Shown here: positions 1 through 8,874 of the stretch, one piece after another
Numbering within the stretch: the first letter of the stretch is position 1
How the letters are laid out: each line of letters opens with the position of its first letter
DNA from: Methanobacteriota archaeon
Lineage (GTDB): Archaea > Thermoplasmatota > Poseidoniia > Poseidoniales > Poseidoniaceae
Assembly (NCBI GenBank): GCA_018659375.1
Contig: JABJMO010000002.1
Location: 9,465-73,464, forward strand
Reading direction: 5' to 3'
Length of the DNA stretch: 64,000 nucleotides
Made by a program: the position numbers and the translations under genes
The notes under the pieces: model-generated
Databases searched by the model: none
What the model saw: only the letters and a program-made list of their open reading frames with translations
What the model was told of the DNA's origin: nothing

Positions 1-848
1 TGCCCTGGCTTTTCACCAATCAGTATGCCAAAAGACTGACAGTCTTGGCTAGACATTATCAAGCCAAACCTTTGCCTAAGTATTCTTTCAATCCGTTCGA
101 AAGACATCTCTTGAGCATCTCCTGAGTATGGGTCAAGCATTGCCAATGGTTTTCCAGTATGTAGGACTAAGCCTATCGGATGGAAATCTCCAGACCCCAA
201 AAATAGGTAATGCCCAATACTAGGGTCATCTCCAGAGTAATTACAGCCGAGTACTTGGCCCGGGAATGATAACCTTGCTCCACCAATTGGAATAGTGACG
301 TCATAGCCTGCAGCTTCAAGTCTATCGTGGAAGTCTGGCAGTAGGTGTAAGTGCTGTATCGATCCGACTAATCCTAGTTTTGTATCGGTTAGCGGTGCCA
401 TTCTACCGACTGCATCCATGAATTTTTCTTGTGCTTCTGCTTCTGAGAGAATAGTATTATCTTGCTGACTCGCCATTCTTTCTCTGGCCATAGCAAGATG
501 TTTGTTCAGAGTAGGTATTACCGGTTTCAATTCAGGGTCACCATCATAAGTTACATCGATAAATTCTGTTGGCATGCCTGAATCTATGTTCATTTGGGAA
601 TGTCCCATGTGAGCTACTAGTTCAACACCCATCATTTGCATTTTATCATGTACTAAATCACAAGCACCATAACACGGGTCTGCAGCTAAAATCACTTTTG
701 CACTGGTTTCGGTTTCTATTTCATCCATCATTTCAAGAGCTTGCATTTTTAGTCCCTCTGGAACTTGTAAGGCAATTAACCGATTGTCATTTAATTTTAT
801 TTTGTCAACTAAGTCATTTAGTTTAAAGTCATGTCTAGATAGGTCCAA
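1..848 (-). CDS. dph2: Diphthamide synthesis radical-SAM enzyme Dph2 (2-(3-amino-3-carboxypropyl)histidine synthase); C-terminal part runs off the left edge
   Basis: Not in the ORF track because it is open at the window edge. My own minus-strand translation reads (M)DLSRHDFKLNDLVDKIKLNDNRLIALQVPEGLKMQALEMMDEIE...VILAADPCYGACDLVHDK...GGARLSFPGQVLGCNYSG...FLGSGDFHPIGL. The LQxPEGLK and DPCYGACD blocks are Dph2 hallmarks. An in-frame TAA lies just upstream, so the only possible start is TTG at 848-846. Confidence 0.75.
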   Translation of the reverse strand, partial: MDLSRHDFKLNDLVDKIKLNDNRLIALQVPEGLKMQALEMMDEIETETSAKVILAADPCYGACDLVHDKMQMMGVELVAHMGHSQMNIDSGMPTEFIDVTYDGDPELKPVIPTLNKHLAMARERMASQQDNTILSEAEAQEKFMDAVGRMAPLTDTKLGLVGSIQHLHLLPDFHDRLEAAGYDVTIPIGGARLSFPGQVLGCNYSGDDPSIGHYLFLGSGDFHPIGLVLHTGKPLAMLDPYSGDAQEMSFERIERILRQRFGLIMSSQDCQSFGILIGEKPG

Positions 849-860
849 TTAATCACTTCC

Positions 861-1430
861 TCAATCAAGAATGACGACCTTTCCGCCATCCATTTCTAAT
901 TTTACCAAGGAATCAAACCTTATCTCTGGATAATCCTTCTGAAGCGTAGCCATACCCGGTCCTTTTTCAACAACAACGACTATGTTTTGAATTATTGCTC
1001 CTGTTTTCTTAACACCTTCAATAACTGATCTAATAGTTCCACCTGTTGATAATACATCATCTATGATTACTAAATTTTCACCCTGTTTGATATCGTTGAG
1101 GAATATGCTTCCTTTGGAATAGCCAGTTTCTTGATTAATTTCAATCTCACCGTCAAGGCGATATTGGCGTTTTCGCCCAATCACCATCGGGATTCCAGTC
1201 CGCATTGAGAGTGGCGCCATCAAAGGAAGACCCATCGCCTCAATTCCAAGAATCATATCGACACTTCCCCAATCTATTAGTGGTACTGAGAGTTCAATAA
1301 CCGCTTTGAGAACTTTTGGTTCTAATCTAGGAACTCCATCAGTAATCGGATGGATGAAATATGGATAATCGCCTTTCCAAATAATTGGAGCGTTGATTAA
1401 ACTCTCTTTTAGAATCTCAATTTCTCTCAT
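861..1430 (-). CDS. hpt: Purine phosphoribosyltransferase, archaeal hypoxanthine/guanine PRTase-like
   Basis: ORF track 861..1451. It has the PRPP-binding loop LVIIDDVLSTGGT. The N-terminus LKESLINAPIIWKGDYPYFIHPITDGVP resembles the archaeal Hpt family. I moved the start to ATG 1430, which has AAGGTGA 5 nt upstream. ATG 1451 is the alternative. Confidence 0.7.
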   Translation of the reverse strand: MREIEILKESLINAPIIWKGDYPYFIHPITDGVPRLEPKVLKAVIELSVPLIDWGSVDMILGIEAMGLPLMAPLSMRTGIPMVIGRKRQYRLDGEIEINQETGYSKGSIFLNDIKQGENLVIIDDVLSTGGTIRSVIEGVKKTGAIIQNIVVVVEKGPGMATLQKDYPEIRFDSLVKLEMDGGKVVILD

Positions 1431-1447
1431 GATGGTCACCTTTGCCA

Positions 1448-1918
1448 TCAAAGTTCTGCAAGATATTCAACATATTCATCAGGGTCTAATAGTAACTCGA
1501 GATCTAAATTATGGGGCTCTAAGATGATAATCCAGCCTAGGTCATAGGCAGAGTCATTAGCCAAATCTGGATTGATTTCTACTTCTCCATTAACTTCGGC
1601 TATCAGGCCAGAGAATGGGGCAGCGAAAGGCTTCTTTTCTTCAGCAGTCCATATTGAGAACATGCCATCACCTTCATCAACCTCAGTCTCAGCTTGCGGT
1701 AAAATTATTCTCAGTACTTCCCCTATCTCTAATTTTAGGAATTCACTCACGCCAATCATCAAGCGGTCATCTTTTTCTTGATACCATAGGTGCTCGGTAG
1801 AGTATTTTCTATTGTGTGCTACGTTAAATTCAACTGTTTCTTCATCCAAAATGATTCCTCCTAACCGCGGCTCATGGGCATCATATATGAACAATTTGGG
1901 AAAAATGCTATTTTTCAC
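1448..1918 (-). CDS. Glycine-cleavage H protein (GcvH)-like lipoyl-domain protein, atypical
   Basis: KYSTEHLWYQ...IGVSEF...ILPQAETEV...APFSGLIAEVNGEVEINPDLANDSAYDLGWIIILEP follows the GcvH pattern (EHxW; P-x-SG-x-V-x-EVN; N-x-x-PY-x-x-GW). It has a roughly 38-aa N-terminal extension. Confidence 0.55.
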   Translation of the reverse strand: MKNSIFPKLFIYDAHEPRLGGIILDEETVEFNVAHNRKYSTEHLWYQEKDDRLMIGVSEFLKLEIGEVLRIILPQAETEVDEGDGMFSIWTAEEKKPFAAPFSGLIAEVNGEVEINPDLANDSAYDLGWIIILEPHNLDLELLLDPDEYVEYLAEL

Positions 1919-1968
1919 TAAGCAAACGGGTTAAGTGAGTTGGCCTTTTGGATAAGTTGGGGAGAGTC

Positions 1969-3138
1969 ATGAATTACGCAGAAAGCGATGAACAACAAAT
2001 GATTAGAGAACTCGTAAGGGGTTTTGCAGAAACGGTTTTGGCGCCTACAGTCGAACATAGGGACAGTAATCAACAACCACCAGCAGAAGAATGGCAACAA
2101 TTTCTAGAATACGGGCTCCAAGGAGTTACTATTCCTGAAGATTATGGAGGTTCTCCAGTCGATGATATCTCAGAATCAATAATCGTAGAAGAGTTATCAA
2201 GAGTTGACCCATCATTTGGAGTTATGTTTTGTGTACATGTTGGTCTATGTGCCAAAACCATCTCTCTGCACGGTGATGAACACCAGAAATCAAAGTATTT
2301 ACCAAGGCTTGCCGCTGGTGAAGTGGGTGCTTATTCGCTATCCGAAGCAGGTGCTGGTACTGATGCAGCAGCAATGATTTGTAAGGCTAAATTATCCGAA
2401 GACGGTTCACACTTCATTTTGAACGGAGAAAAGATGTGGGTTACTAACGGTGCCCAAGCCAAAATACTGGTCCTCTTTGCCAAGGATGTTGATCATCCTG
2501 ATTATGGAGTTAAAAGGCACGGTGGAACAACTGCGTTTATTGTTGAATCATCCTTTGACGGATTCACCGTTGGTAAGAAAGAGGACAAGTTGGGAATTAG
2601 GTCATCAGACACCTGTACTTTAGTACTCAATGATTGTAAGGTGCCTGTTGAAAATGTCTTGAAGGGAATTGGCAATGGATTTCCGATTGCTATGAATGCT
2701 TTGGATAACAGCAGAATTGGTATTGCAGCCCAAGCATTAGGAATCGCCCAAGGGGCTTATGAATCCGCGCTTAATTACGCTCATGAAAGAGAAGCATTTG
2801 GTAAACCAATAGCCCATCACCAAATGATAATGTCTTATTTGGCAGATATGGCAACAAGAATAGAAGCAGCTAGACAACTAGTTTATCGAGCATCCTGGGC
2901 TAAGCAAGAACACTATGAAAACGGTGGGCGACGACATACTCAAGAGGCTAGCATGGCTAAACTATACGCTGGTGATACCGCAATGTGGGTCTCAGAAAGA
3001 GCCATACAAGTGCTTGGTGGTTACGGATATACCAAGGAATTCCCAGTTGAAAGATTCTTCAGAGATGCCAAAATTACTCAAATTTACGAAGGAACTCAAG
3101 AAGTACAGAGAATAGTAATTGCTCGCTCCTTGAAATGA
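1969..3138 (+). CDS. Acyl-CoA dehydrogenase (short/medium-chain type)
   Basis: GAYSLSEAGAGTDAA, WVTNG and ITQIYEGTQEVQRIVIARSL are classic ACAD blocks. I chose ATG 1969, preceded by GGGGAGAG. The track's start at 1948 is a TTG. Confidence 0.9.
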   Translation: MNYAESDEQQMIRELVRGFAETVLAPTVEHRDSNQQPPAEEWQQFLEYGLQGVTIPEDYGGSPVDDISESIIVEELSRVDPSFGVMFCVHVGLCAKTISLHGDEHQKSKYLPRLAAGEVGAYSLSEAGAGTDAAAMICKAKLSEDGSHFILNGEKMWVTNGAQAKILVLFAKDVDHPDYGVKRHGGTTAFIVESSFDGFTVGKKEDKLGIRSSDTCTLVLNDCKVPVENVLKGIGNGFPIAMNALDNSRIGIAAQALGIAQGAYESALNYAHEREAFGKPIAHHQMIMSYLADMATRIEAARQLVYRASWAKQEHYENGGRRHTQEASMAKLYAGDTAMWVSERAIQVLGGYGYTKEFPVERFFRDAKITQIYEGTQEVQRIVIARSLK

Positions 3139-3140
3139 AC

Positions 3141-4220
3141 TTATTTTATTTGTAAGTCGGTGCCCTTCAATTTTGCCTGCCTAAGGCCACTAGACCAATC
3201 ATGCAATTTTCCGTTAAAGTGGGCTGTTTTACCTTCCGAATTTGCTATAATATTGTTATACTCAGGTTCAAACAATACGGCTACAGTGTAAGGTCCATTA
3301 TCCAAGAGTCCAACTATTGTCATCCCTCCGCGATATTGATCCATCACCATCAGGTTTCTCTCAACCCTTTGAATGCTAATGGAACAACTGCTAGGTTTAG
3401 ATGCGTCTATGATTGAGTTTGCCTCACTACTTAGCCTTGTTGAGCCCAGGCTTTCTATTAATTGCTCTATAGAAGTTGTCACCATGGGAGTAGGAGTCTC
3501 TTGTTCAATTTCTGGTTGTTCAAGAGTAATTTCACTTAGATTCTTACTTTCTTCTAAAATAATCTCATCCTTTGTCTCAACAGGAGCAACTTCAATCTCA
3601 TCTAGCATTTCTTCAAAATCTTCCTCAGTTATCTCTTCTTTTAATACAGGATCGACTATGACTGGTTTTTCAAAACCAATAGATTCTAAATATGTCCATA
3701 GCTCTTGGACTTCAATTAGTCCATTTCCATCAGCATCCAATATTGAAATAACAGTATCAGAAACCCATTCAGGTGGCTGACTTCCCGATAAATTTTCAAT
3801 GAAATTATTTAATTCATCACGGCTTAGCAAACCGTCACTATTAGTGTCAATTTTCGAAGTTATTTCAGCAGTTGTAAGTCCCGAGTTTTGCAACCATTGG
3901 CCAAATTGTTGTTTTATCATTTTAGCCATCCTAGGGTCAACATTAGCAACTACTTGAGATACTTTCTCCTGTGCAGCCTTTTTTGCTGTAGCTGCTACTT
4001 CAGCACGCCATGCTGTGATTTCAGGTTGCTGTGATAGAATCTGAATTACTGTTTCTCTGGGAACATGCGAAGGTGGTGCATCTCCGACAAATTCTATTGC
4101 TAATTGTGACAATTCTGAGTCACTTAGTGAGGTTAAATCTCCCCTTTCCGCAATTTTATTTTCAATTTGCTTAGCAACCATTTCTGAGATTCGCCCACTG
4201 AACATGGCGTACCGTGGCAA
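3141..4220 (-). CDS. Hypothetical protein with a pair of canonical EF-hand Ca2+-binding loops
   Basis: The loops DTNSDGLLSRDE (aa 125-136) and DADGNGLIEVQE (aa 162-173) fit the 12-residue D-x-[DN]-x-[DN]-G-x-[IL]-x-x-x-E EF-hand loop. They are followed by an acidic linker and a beta-rich C-terminal domain of unknown family. Confidence 0.65.
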   Translation of the reverse strand: MPRYAMFSGRISEMVAKQIENKIAERGDLTSLSDSELSQLAIEFVGDAPPSHVPRETVIQILSQQPEITAWRAEVAATAKKAAQEKVSQVVANVDPRMAKMIKQQFGQWLQNSGLTTAEITSKIDTNSDGLLSRDELNNFIENLSGSQPPEWVSDTVISILDADGNGLIEVQELWTYLESIGFEKPVIVDPVLKEEITEEDFEEMLDEIEVAPVETKDEIILEESKNLSEITLEQPEIEQETPTPMVTTSIEQLIESLGSTRLSSEANSIIDASKPSSCSISIQRVERNLMVMDQYRGGMTIVGLLDNGPYTVAVLFEPEYNNIIANSEGKTAHFNGKLHDWSSGLRQAKLKGTDLQIK

Positions 4221-4244
4221 TTCTTCTTATTCAATTTGGTGCCT

Positions 4245-5594
4245 TCACAAGAGCGATAATTTTGGCCATGACTGGAAGTCAACATCTAGCCATTGAATTT
4301 TACAAAGTAATTCACTCACTTCATGAATATTTGACAAGTCATGTTCAATTTGCAGTCGATACAACCACTCCTTCAAGCGACCTAATCGCTCACCTTGCGC
4401 TAAATTTGTCGCAGCCATTAACCAATGTCCGTCGATTATTTGATGATCTTTTTTCAAGGGCTTTAATTTTTGAATTTCGTCAATGATTGAAATAACGTGC
4501 AAATAATCTATTTCTTCGGTATTTACTAACAAATTTTTTCGAATGATTAACTCATACTGCAATTGTTGCATGCAACGTTCTGATAATAAATATCTGAACA
4601 CTCTCAATTCGGGCACCGCAATATTTGGCAATTTACCTTGGTAATCTATGGTTTTACGAACCATTTTTAGGTCCTTGTTTGGTATTTTTAGAGATTGACA
4701 TACTTTGATAATTTCTGAGTTTGGTAAGTGATTAAGAATCAAGACTAGAAGGGAGATATAATCTAATAGTTTGCTGTCATTTAATGCCGTTTTTAATTGT
4801 GATTTATTATCAATATTACAATTAAGTATATTCTCGAGAATATCATTTTCAAGCATTTTCCCGACTATTTCACAAGCAACATTTGAATTTAATATTTTTT
4901 TGAGTTCTTGCCATATGCGTTCTCTGGCTAAGCCTTTGATTAAGAAAGAGTTATTCTTTATGGCATTTTGAAGTTGACTTTCTAGTTGCCATACTTTATT
5001 TCCTCGATGACCTAAAAATCGGTATGCTCTAAGCATTCTTAATGCATCCTCTGAAATCCTTTGCATAGGGATTCCAACACATCTAATTATTTTGTATTCT
5101 AAATCAATCAACCCATCATGGGGGTCGTAGAGAATACGCCTAGCTACATCAATTGCCATCGCATTTATGGTAAAGTCTCGCCTTTCCAAATCACTTTTCA
5201 ATGAGGTTTCCCAATTAACCGAATTCGGTCTTCTGTTGTCTGAGTAATTATCTTCTGATCTTAACGTTGTGGTTTGAAAATGATACTCTCCAGATCTTAT
5301 TGTAATTGTACCAAATGCAATACCCGTTTCTATAGAGTCGGGGAATATAGACAGTAACCGTTCAGGCTCAAGATCTGTAGCAATGTCGATATCATTTGGG
5401 TATATTCCAAGCGCAGCATCTCTAACAGCTCCGCCTACCAACCATGCGCCACCACTAGCCAAAGAGATCTTATTGAGGACAAAGGCCAATTCATTTGGCA
5501 ATTGGTCAACAAATTGATTGATACTATCTGTTAATGGCATTCCCTCTAAATCAGATTCTTTGCCGAATTCATAATTTTGCAAACTAATCTCCAT
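4245..5594 (-). CDS. cca: Class II (bacterial/eukaryotic-type) tRNA nucleotidyltransferase / CCA-adding enzyme or poly(A) polymerase family
   Basis: GGAVRDAALGIYPNDIDIATD (GGxVRD + DxD) and ERRDFTINAMA (RRD motif). I set the start to ATG 5594 (MEISLQ...), because the longer track ORF (to 5747) would overlap the divergent gene at 5646. Confidence 0.75.
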   Translation of the reverse strand: MEISLQNYEFGKESDLEGMPLTDSINQFVDQLPNELAFVLNKISLASGGAWLVGGAVRDAALGIYPNDIDIATDLEPERLLSIFPDSIETGIAFGTITIRSGEYHFQTTTLRSEDNYSDNRRPNSVNWETSLKSDLERRDFTINAMAIDVARRILYDPHDGLIDLEYKIIRCVGIPMQRISEDALRMLRAYRFLGHRGNKVWQLESQLQNAIKNNSFLIKGLARERIWQELKKILNSNVACEIVGKMLENDILENILNCNIDNKSQLKTALNDSKLLDYISLLVLILNHLPNSEIIKVCQSLKIPNKDLKMVRKTIDYQGKLPNIAVPELRVFRYLLSERCMQQLQYELIIRKNLLVNTEEIDYLHVISIIDEIQKLKPLKKDHQIIDGHWLMAATNLAQGERLGRLKEWLYRLQIEHDLSNIHEVSELLCKIQWLDVDFQSWPKLSLL

Positions 5595-5645
5595 TCCCTT
5601 TGGTTCCTGCCAAAGTATTATCCTTGAAATACTGTTCCCAGTTCT

Positions 5646-6053
5646 ATGTGGACTGAAGAAGACGTACAGTTGGTACCTGTAGATTGGCTTAGGGCGCATG
5701 AAGAAATAAAAATTAAGGCTCGCGACAAACTCCTTGACATGACCCAAAGGTGGGGTGGCTTTACAAAACCAATATTGGTAGATACTCTTACAGGTTCCTT
5801 ACTTGATGGACATCACAGGTTATCAGTCGCTCAAGAACTTGGATTGAAACTAATACCGGCCATATGTATCGATTATCTCCATTCTGAGATAATTACGCTA
5901 GAATTATGGCCCAATGCGAATATAGAATCATTGAATAAAATCGATGTAATAGAGATGTGCTTGAGCAATAACTTATACCCACCAAAAACCACTAAGCATG
6001 TGGTTATTTATGACCTTCCGCCTATTATGGTTAGTTTAAAAGAATTAAGTTAG
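5646..6053 (+). CDS. ParB/sulfiredoxin-fold (ParB-like nuclease domain) protein
   Basis: KPILVDTLTGSLLDGHHRLSVAQELGLKLIPAICIDY matches the ParB/Srx core, including the DGHHR motif. It is a small stand-alone 135-aa protein. Confidence 0.5.
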   Translation: MWTEEDVQLVPVDWLRAHEEIKIKARDKLLDMTQRWGGFTKPILVDTLTGSLLDGHHRLSVAQELGLKLIPAICIDYLHSEIITLELWPNANIESLNKIDVIEMCLSNNLYPPKTTKHVVIYDLPPIMVSLKELS

Positions 6054-7870
6054 GTTCTTGAAGATATGTAATCTAGCCACTTTTTATTACCCTTTCCACT
6101 TACCTTACTTTTCAAATCCGGCTCTATTCTTAGACTAATCATATCGGTCTTTACAATTCCTTCATGAGTATAACACAACTCGACATTCTCGGGGTTTAGA
6201 TTTGATAAAATACTCTTCATTGATTTAATGGTTTTAAGCCTTATTTTATTGATAGAAATTAATTCATCACCAGGCATGATAAGATTTCTTAATGGCGATT
6301 CATTTTGGTGGGATGACACAATTATTCGATTATTTTTCATAGCTAGATTTAATCCTAGCCAAGCTGTAGAGGCCTTGTCATCTTTTGATTTCTTGGAGGC
6401 CAGTTCTAACCCGTAGAACGAAAAAGCATGGGCTAAATCAGGTACATCCTTATCAAATATCAGTTTATCTAAATGCATACCGAGATTCCTACCTCCTTCC
6501 ATGGAAACTAATTCTTTACGAATATCTTGATAATCAATGCCTATCGTCTCGACATTTGGATAACCAATTGCATATTTTTTGCACAGTCTTACCATTAGAT
6601 CACAAATGCCATATTTCCCTTTTGAACGCTTTCTCAACTCTGCATCAATACAGAATATTGCTAATTCTCCTTCTAAGTAATATGATATTTGTATTTCTCT
6701 CGAGAAGCTATGACTTCTATAGAGGTGTATCCAAGCATCATGGCTGGATTCTGCAAGAGATTCATGAGTCATACCGTTTCGGACAGTATGTCGACCTAGT
6801 TTTCTCTCCATGTCCTTTCTCCAATCCTTTTCTGACCATGCTCCAGATCTTACGCATAACATATCTCCAAGCCAAGAAGTACATCCCTCAAACCACCATA
6901 GTAGGGTAGTATGCACTTCTTGTTGTAAATCATAGTCAACAAAGTTTTTTGGTCGAAGTCGTTTGACATTCCATTGATGTAAATATTCATGGCTAAATAA
7001 ACTCACTAAATCCTTGTACTCATCTTCATGTCCTGAGATTAAACAATTTCTTGGAAGCATTGAAGTTTGGGAATTTAGATGTTCTAAGCCCCCTCTAGAA
7101 GATTCAGTCAATTGCAAAACCACTACATAATCACCCCAATCAGGTTTCCCGAAAAGTGCATGATATTCTTTTACGACTTTGGTCATATCATCAACAAATT
7201 GGGTTACCATCTCTTCATCAGGCTGGTAACCTCCACTATCCCATAATTTCAGTACATGATTCCTGCCGTCAACTGAGAATGGAATATTATCTATAGAATT
7301 TATTTCGATAATCCCATCTAATAATTCATCTCGATTTGATGCTTGTAAATAGAAAGTATCGCCTTTGACAGAATTGATGCTAACACAATTTTCTTTACTC
7401 CCCATTGCCGTTAGTTGAGTTGCAGGAGTCCAACCACTTGGAGCATGTAATGAGATATTATGAGGCAGATTCATTCGTGCTTTTTCTATTCCAGATGTGG
7501 GTAGTAAGAAAGTAAATGGGGGCATCATGTGCAAGTGACTATCATCAATATGAGTTGACCTTACCGATAATTCAATTCCTAGGATTTTGTAATTTACAAT
7601 GATATTTTGATTACCGCTGATAGATTTTATAGAAACTGCATCCACACCTTTTCTGACAAATTTCAAGTTGGTTTTACCTTGCATGCATGTTATATCAGTT
7701 AGATATTGCATCGGCTCTCTGATAAAGTAAGAACCCGGTACCCATCGAGGGAATTTTAATTCTAATTTACTCTTGGTAAAAGGTGGTTCAATCTCTATTT
7801 CTACATTCAGAAAGCGAGTTTCTCCTTTTGTCGCATCCAGTCGATAGGTAAGTCCTGAACTGTTAGTCAT
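6050..7870 (-). CDS. M61-family glycyl aminopeptidase-like zinc metallopeptidase with C-terminal PDZ domain
   Basis: HEYLHQWNVKRLRP (HExxH followed by WNVKR, as in M61), then a PDZ-like LIMPGDELISINKIRL near the C-terminus. Confidence 0.75.
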   Translation of the reverse strand: MTNSSGLTYRLDATKGETRFLNVEIEIEPPFTKSKLELKFPRWVPGSYFIREPMQYLTDITCMQGKTNLKFVRKGVDAVSIKSISGNQNIIVNYKILGIELSVRSTHIDDSHLHMMPPFTFLLPTSGIEKARMNLPHNISLHAPSGWTPATQLTAMGSKENCVSINSVKGDTFYLQASNRDELLDGIIEINSIDNIPFSVDGRNHVLKLWDSGGYQPDEEMVTQFVDDMTKVVKEYHALFGKPDWGDYVVVLQLTESSRGGLEHLNSQTSMLPRNCLISGHEDEYKDLVSLFSHEYLHQWNVKRLRPKNFVDYDLQQEVHTTLLWWFEGCTSWLGDMLCVRSGAWSEKDWRKDMERKLGRHTVRNGMTHESLAESSHDAWIHLYRSHSFSREIQISYYLEGELAIFCIDAELRKRSKGKYGICDLMVRLCKKYAIGYPNVETIGIDYQDIRKELVSMEGGRNLGMHLDKLIFDKDVPDLAHAFSFYGLELASKKSKDDKASTAWLGLNLAMKNNRIIVSSHQNESPLRNLIMPGDELISINKIRLKTIKSMKSILSNLNPENVELCYTHEGIVKTDMISLRIEPDLKSKVSGKGNKKWLDYISSRT

Positions 7871-7878
7871 ATTTCTTG

Positions 7879-8874
7879 CTAAGAGCCGGCGGTTGAAAGG
7901 TTATGCGCTGTAATTCTAATCAACTCGCTGCCAGAGTTATTGGCAACATTTTTTGCCTGTTCAATAATTTCTGGTTCATCAGCACGAGAAAATAGCCGTT
8001 CAATTAATCGACATCTCTCGATTTCATCGACCTCCTCGTTACTAATAATATCCCATCGAAGAGAGTCGTTCTTCCCTCCCTTTTTCCCTTGTAACCATCG
8101 ACCAATAATCTCATATTGGCTATTGGTAATTAGAATTTGGATTATCTCATCTTCAATTTCAGTAAATCCTTTTCTTAGATACTTAACAAATTCTTTTTTG
8201 CCGTTAGAATCAAGCGATTTAACCAGTGTTACAACAATATTATGATTATTAGAAATGGCATGGGGGATAATCAATTTTGGATCTACGCCATTTTGAAGCA
8301 TTGATTTTATCGATTTAGAGGATAATTTCACATCAATGTCTTGAGATTTTTTTAACGCAGCTTGGACAACTGAGTTCGAGTCGTCTTCAAGCATTTTTTC
8401 AATCGTAACTGTATCCGCATATTTACTATTTAGTGCAATAATTCTTATTTTTGGGGAGCTATGATTGTTCACCATCTCAAAAAATTCATCCTGGTTATCA
8501 CATCGAAGAATAAACTCACAGGATTTTATTTTACACAATAAATCATCCTTAGCAAATAAATCCTCGGCTAACTTAGAGTTATCGGCTTTGAAAGATAAAA
8601 GCATATTTGCAGCAACTCTATTGTATGCTATTTTTTTGTGATTAATTAATACTGCTAATGTGGCAAGTTCCCTTCGCTTGGCCCAAATTTTGAAGGCGTC
8701 TAATGCCTTTGTGCGATACCAATTGTCTTTATCATCCAATAATGGAATGAATGATTCCAAATATTCCTCATTGTCGATTTCAAATAGTTCTCTTACAGCA
8801 CGTCGTTTCTTTCGGTCATCTCGGCTTTTGAGATGTTGTAATGCCATTGCGGAACGACCGGCCAATTTCATCAC
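7879..8874 (-). CDS. HEAT/PBS-lyase-like helical repeat protein, function unknown
   Basis: Repeated helical units of the type LKSRDDRKKRRAVRELFEI...LIPLLDDKDNWYRTKALDAF. No catalytic motif was seen. It overlaps the upstream gene by 4 nt. Confidence 0.45.
   Translation of the reverse strand: MMKLAGRSAMALQHLKSRDDRKKRRAVRELFEIDNEEYLESFIPLLDDKDNWYRTKALDAFKIWAKRRELATLAVLINHKKIAYNRVAANMLLSFKADNSKLAEDLFAKDDLLCKIKSCEFILRCDNQDEFFEMVNNHSSPKIRIIALNSKYADTVTIEKMLEDDSNSVVQAALKKSQDIDVKLSSKSIKSMLQNGVDPKLIIPHAISNNHNIVVTLVKSLDSNGKKEFVKYLRKGFTEIEDEIIQILITNSQYEIIGRWLQGKKGGKNDSLRWDIISNEEVDEIERCRLIERLFSRADEPEIIEQAKNVANNSGSELIRITAHNLSTAGS

Noticed and set aside
569-826. 85-aa + strand ORF at the left end.
   Set aside because: It lies entirely antisense to the well-supported dph2 reading frame and has a low-complexity, Leu/Phe/His-rich composition with no motif.
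5595-5747. N-terminal 51 codons of the track's 500-aa CCA-enzyme ORF.
   Set aside because: This segment would overlap the divergent ParB-like gene by about 100 nt and encodes an implausible Phe/Tyr-rich leader. The class II NTase homology begins after Met52 (ATG 5594).
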